A stretch of 32,000 nucleotides of DNA from the NCBI RefSeq assembly GCF_047555085.1, contig NZ_CP180230.1:60001-92000 (forward strand), read 5' to 3'. Origin of the DNA: Candidatus Saccharimonadota bacterium (GTDB lineage Archaea > Nanohalarchaeota > Nanosalinia > Nanosalinales > Nanosalinaceae). The notes beneath the pieces were generated by a model. That model was not told the origin of the DNA, made no database searches, and saw only the letters and a program-made list of their open reading frames with translations. Shown here piece by piece: positions 30,369-32,000 of this stretch (positions within the stretch are counted from its first letter, which is position 1; each line of letters begins with the position of its first letter). Both the position numbers and the translations under genes were made by a program.

Positions 30369-32000
30369 ATGGACGTAAAAAACAAGGATGTATTCGACTA
30401 CGAATACGACGACGAGACAGGAACAGTCGAAATCAACATGCTTGGATCGATCTATGGGGCCTCTATAGAGGATTATCCTGAAGTCATGTCCCGTGTAATC
30501 AACATTCTACAGGAGATCCCGGAAGCAGGAAACGTAGTACTATCCGAATCAAGAGAATATGAGTATGAAGAAGATCAGATAAGGCTTCTAAGAGAGATAG
30601 CGAACGCAGTAAGAGATATTTCAGCACAGGGATATCTTTCACAGGATATAAAGAGAGATAAATGCAGCCAGCTGTACGATCAGCATCTACCGGAAGTACA
30701 GAGAATAGTATTTGACAAGTTAAGGAGAGATCCTGTAGGGGCCTACGTCAAGCTTATTAGAAAGGAAAGACACTTGAGACAGGATAAAGACCATGCGTAT
30801 CCTCAGCAACAGCGCTGTATCAAGTATTTTATACAGGATGTGATTAAACCTGTCAAAAACACTCTGGAACAGTGTGAAATGATTCAGAGAGCACAGGACT
30901 ATCTTACAGGATATCACGTTGGCGATAGAGAGATCTACAGGGAATTTTTCCACCCTCTTGTAAGGCCTAACTTTATGCTTACAAAGTACATGTCTCTTCC
31001 TCCTGAAAGAGGAGAGGAGAAAACTAGATATACTGTAAGAGACGATATCGAAGTTTCTGTGTATGAAGTCCCTGATCAAACAAGGCCTGTATATCACGTT
31101 GATCCCCCGGAGTTCAATCTTCCTGAGGAGAAATACAAACTCTTGGATGCAGCTAGACGTTTCATGGCCTCTCACAAGCCGGATGAAGGAGAGTTCGCAA
31201 GGCCTGAAAGAATGAATGAAGTCTTCGAGAACATCGGCAGGGACATGCTGAGAGATATTGCGAATCAGATGGGCCTCAAACTTTCACTTGACGAACTCGA
31301 CAAGCTTACAGATATACTTAACAGATATACTTCAGGCCTGGGAGTACTAGAGATTCTTTTGACTGATCCAAAAGTACAGGACGTCTACATTAACTCTCCG
31401 ATCGGAGATGCTCCGATTTACATTACGCATCAGGACTTTGAGGACTGCGAGACAAATCTTATTCCAACAAAAGAGGAGGCCGAATCCTGGGCCACACGCT
31501 TCAGGATCCAGTCTGGAAGGCCTCTTGACGAAGCAAATCCTGTTCTCGATACAGAGACAGAGGTACAGGGAGGCCGTGCCCGTGTAGCAGTAATACAGGA
31601 AAATCTCTCTCCTTCAGGCCTTGCATTTGCTTTAAGGCGCCACAGGTCCCGTATATGGACGCTTCCACTGTTTATACAGAATGGAACTATAAATTCTATC
31701 GGGGCAGCAGTGCTTTCCTTCCTTGTGGATGGTAATCGTTCGCATCTATTCGCAGGGACGCGTGGAGCAGGAAAGACGTCTCTTCTATCAGCTGCTATGC
31801 TGGAAATCATGAAAAATCATCGTATAGTTACTGTAGAAGATACTCTGGAGCTTCCTATACCTCAGATGAAGGATCTGGGATACAATATAGAAAGGATGAA
31901 ATCTCGCTCTGTAATTACGCAGGTTGAAAATGAAATGAGTGCGGATAATGCTATTCGTACCTCTCTCCGTCTTGGAGACTCTGCGCTTGTTATTGGAGAG
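30369..32000 (+). CDS. Type II/IV secretion-family ATPase (archaeal FlaI/ArlI-PilB / GspE / VirB11 superfamily), 3'-truncated by the window end
   Basis: This ORF is not in the track because it runs off the end. I translated 544 codons from the ATG at 30369 without meeting a stop. Family blocks include RYTSGLGVLEILLTDPKVQDVYIN, EEAESWATRFRIQSGRPLDEANPVLD, GGRARVAVIQENLSPSGLAFALRRH, Walker A GTRGAGKTS (31755-31781), VTVEDTLEL and LRLGDSALVIGE. The N-terminal domain is long, about 330 aa. Confidence 0.88.
   Translation, partial: MDVKNKDVFDYEYDDETGTVEINMLGSIYGASIEDYPEVMSRVINILQEIPEAGNVVLSESREYEYEEDQIRLLREIANAVRDISAQGYLSQDIKRDKCSQLYDQHLPEVQRIVFDKLRRDPVGAYVKLIRKERHLRQDKDHAYPQQQRCIKYFIQDVIKPVKNTLEQCEMIQRAQDYLTGYHVGDREIYREFFHPLVRPNFMLTKYMSLPPERGEEKTRYTVRDDIEVSVYEVPDQTRPVYHVDPPEFNLPEEKYKLLDAARRFMASHKPDEGEFARPERMNEVFENIGRDMLRDIANQMGLKLSLDELDKLTDILNRYTSGLGVLEILLTDPKVQDVYINSPIGDAPIYITHQDFEDCETNLIPTKEEAESWATRFRIQSGRPLDEANPVLDTETEVQGGRARVAVIQENLSPSGLAFALRRHRSRIWTLPLFIQNGTINSIGAAVLSFLVDGNRSHLFAGTRGAGKTSLLSAAMLEIMKNHRIVTVEDTLELPIPQMKDLGYNIERMKSRSVITQVENEMSADNAIRTSLRLGDSALVIGE

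Noticed and set aside
30720-31810. Minus-strand ORFs 30720..31175 and 31430..31810
   Set aside because: Both are antisense to the plus-strand ATPase ORF (30369 to beyond 32000), which carries unmistakable secretion-ATPase motifs. Their translations are Cys/Arg/Ile-rich and atypical for this proteome.
1-32000. AGGCCT excess as a by-product of codon or dipeptide usage
   Set aside because: The motif occurs in all three codon phases (EA-S/Y, RP, x-GL), on both coding strands, and at equal or higher density in intergenic DNA. No single codon-pair preference can explain that. A codon-preserving shuffle is still needed to quantify it.
1-32000. Search for tRNA, rRNA, other structured ncRNA, CRISPR arrays and IS/transposase genes
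   Set aside because: Intergenic spacers are all 152 nt or shorter and A/T-rich, with no cloverleaf-like or repeat-spacer structure that I could see. No ORF shows DDE/HUH transposase or Cas motifs.

Overview
This is a very compact window (about 96% coding) with low GC (low-to-mid 40s % by eye) and a strongly acidic predicted proteome. Archaeal hallmarks include diphthine synthase, a Trm5/Taw2-type methyltransferase, DUF63- and DUF357-like proteins, A/T-rich TATA boxes about 25-30 nt upstream of start codons, GGTGA Shine-Dalgarno-like sites and a FlaI/PilB-type ATPase. Without any database search, this best fits a salt-in halophilic, small-genome archaeon such as a nanohaloarchaeon. The layout has three parts. 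(i) 1-16554 is a surface-protein island: a polytopic, Cys-rich 970-aa membrane protein, three tandem paralogous lipobox lipoproteins, a Tat-signal mini-protein, a 1734-aa adhesin-like protein with 12 tandem two-Cys repeats, a 583-aa CARDB-repeat protein and a 521-aa paralogue of the adhesin's C-terminal half. (ii) 16564-18594 is a housekeeping trio (trm5-like, dphB, DUF357-like). (iii) 18670-32000 is a co-oriented block of hyper-acidic soluble proteins, membrane-anchored coiled-coil giants and seven small or polytopic membrane proteins. None of them matches a family I recognise. The block ends beside two coiled-coil genes and a divergently transcribed type II/IV-secretion-family ATPase that runs off the window. 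I propose block (iii) as a candidate undescribed ATPase-linked envelope or host-contact apparatus. The strongest sequence-level signal is a roughly 20-fold excess of the palindrome AGGCCT (about 115 copies). It occurs in all codon phases and in intergenic DNA, and it clusters near stop codons. I found no rRNA, tRNA, CRISPR array, transposase or integrase. All functional labels come from motif recognition by eye, because no searches could be run.
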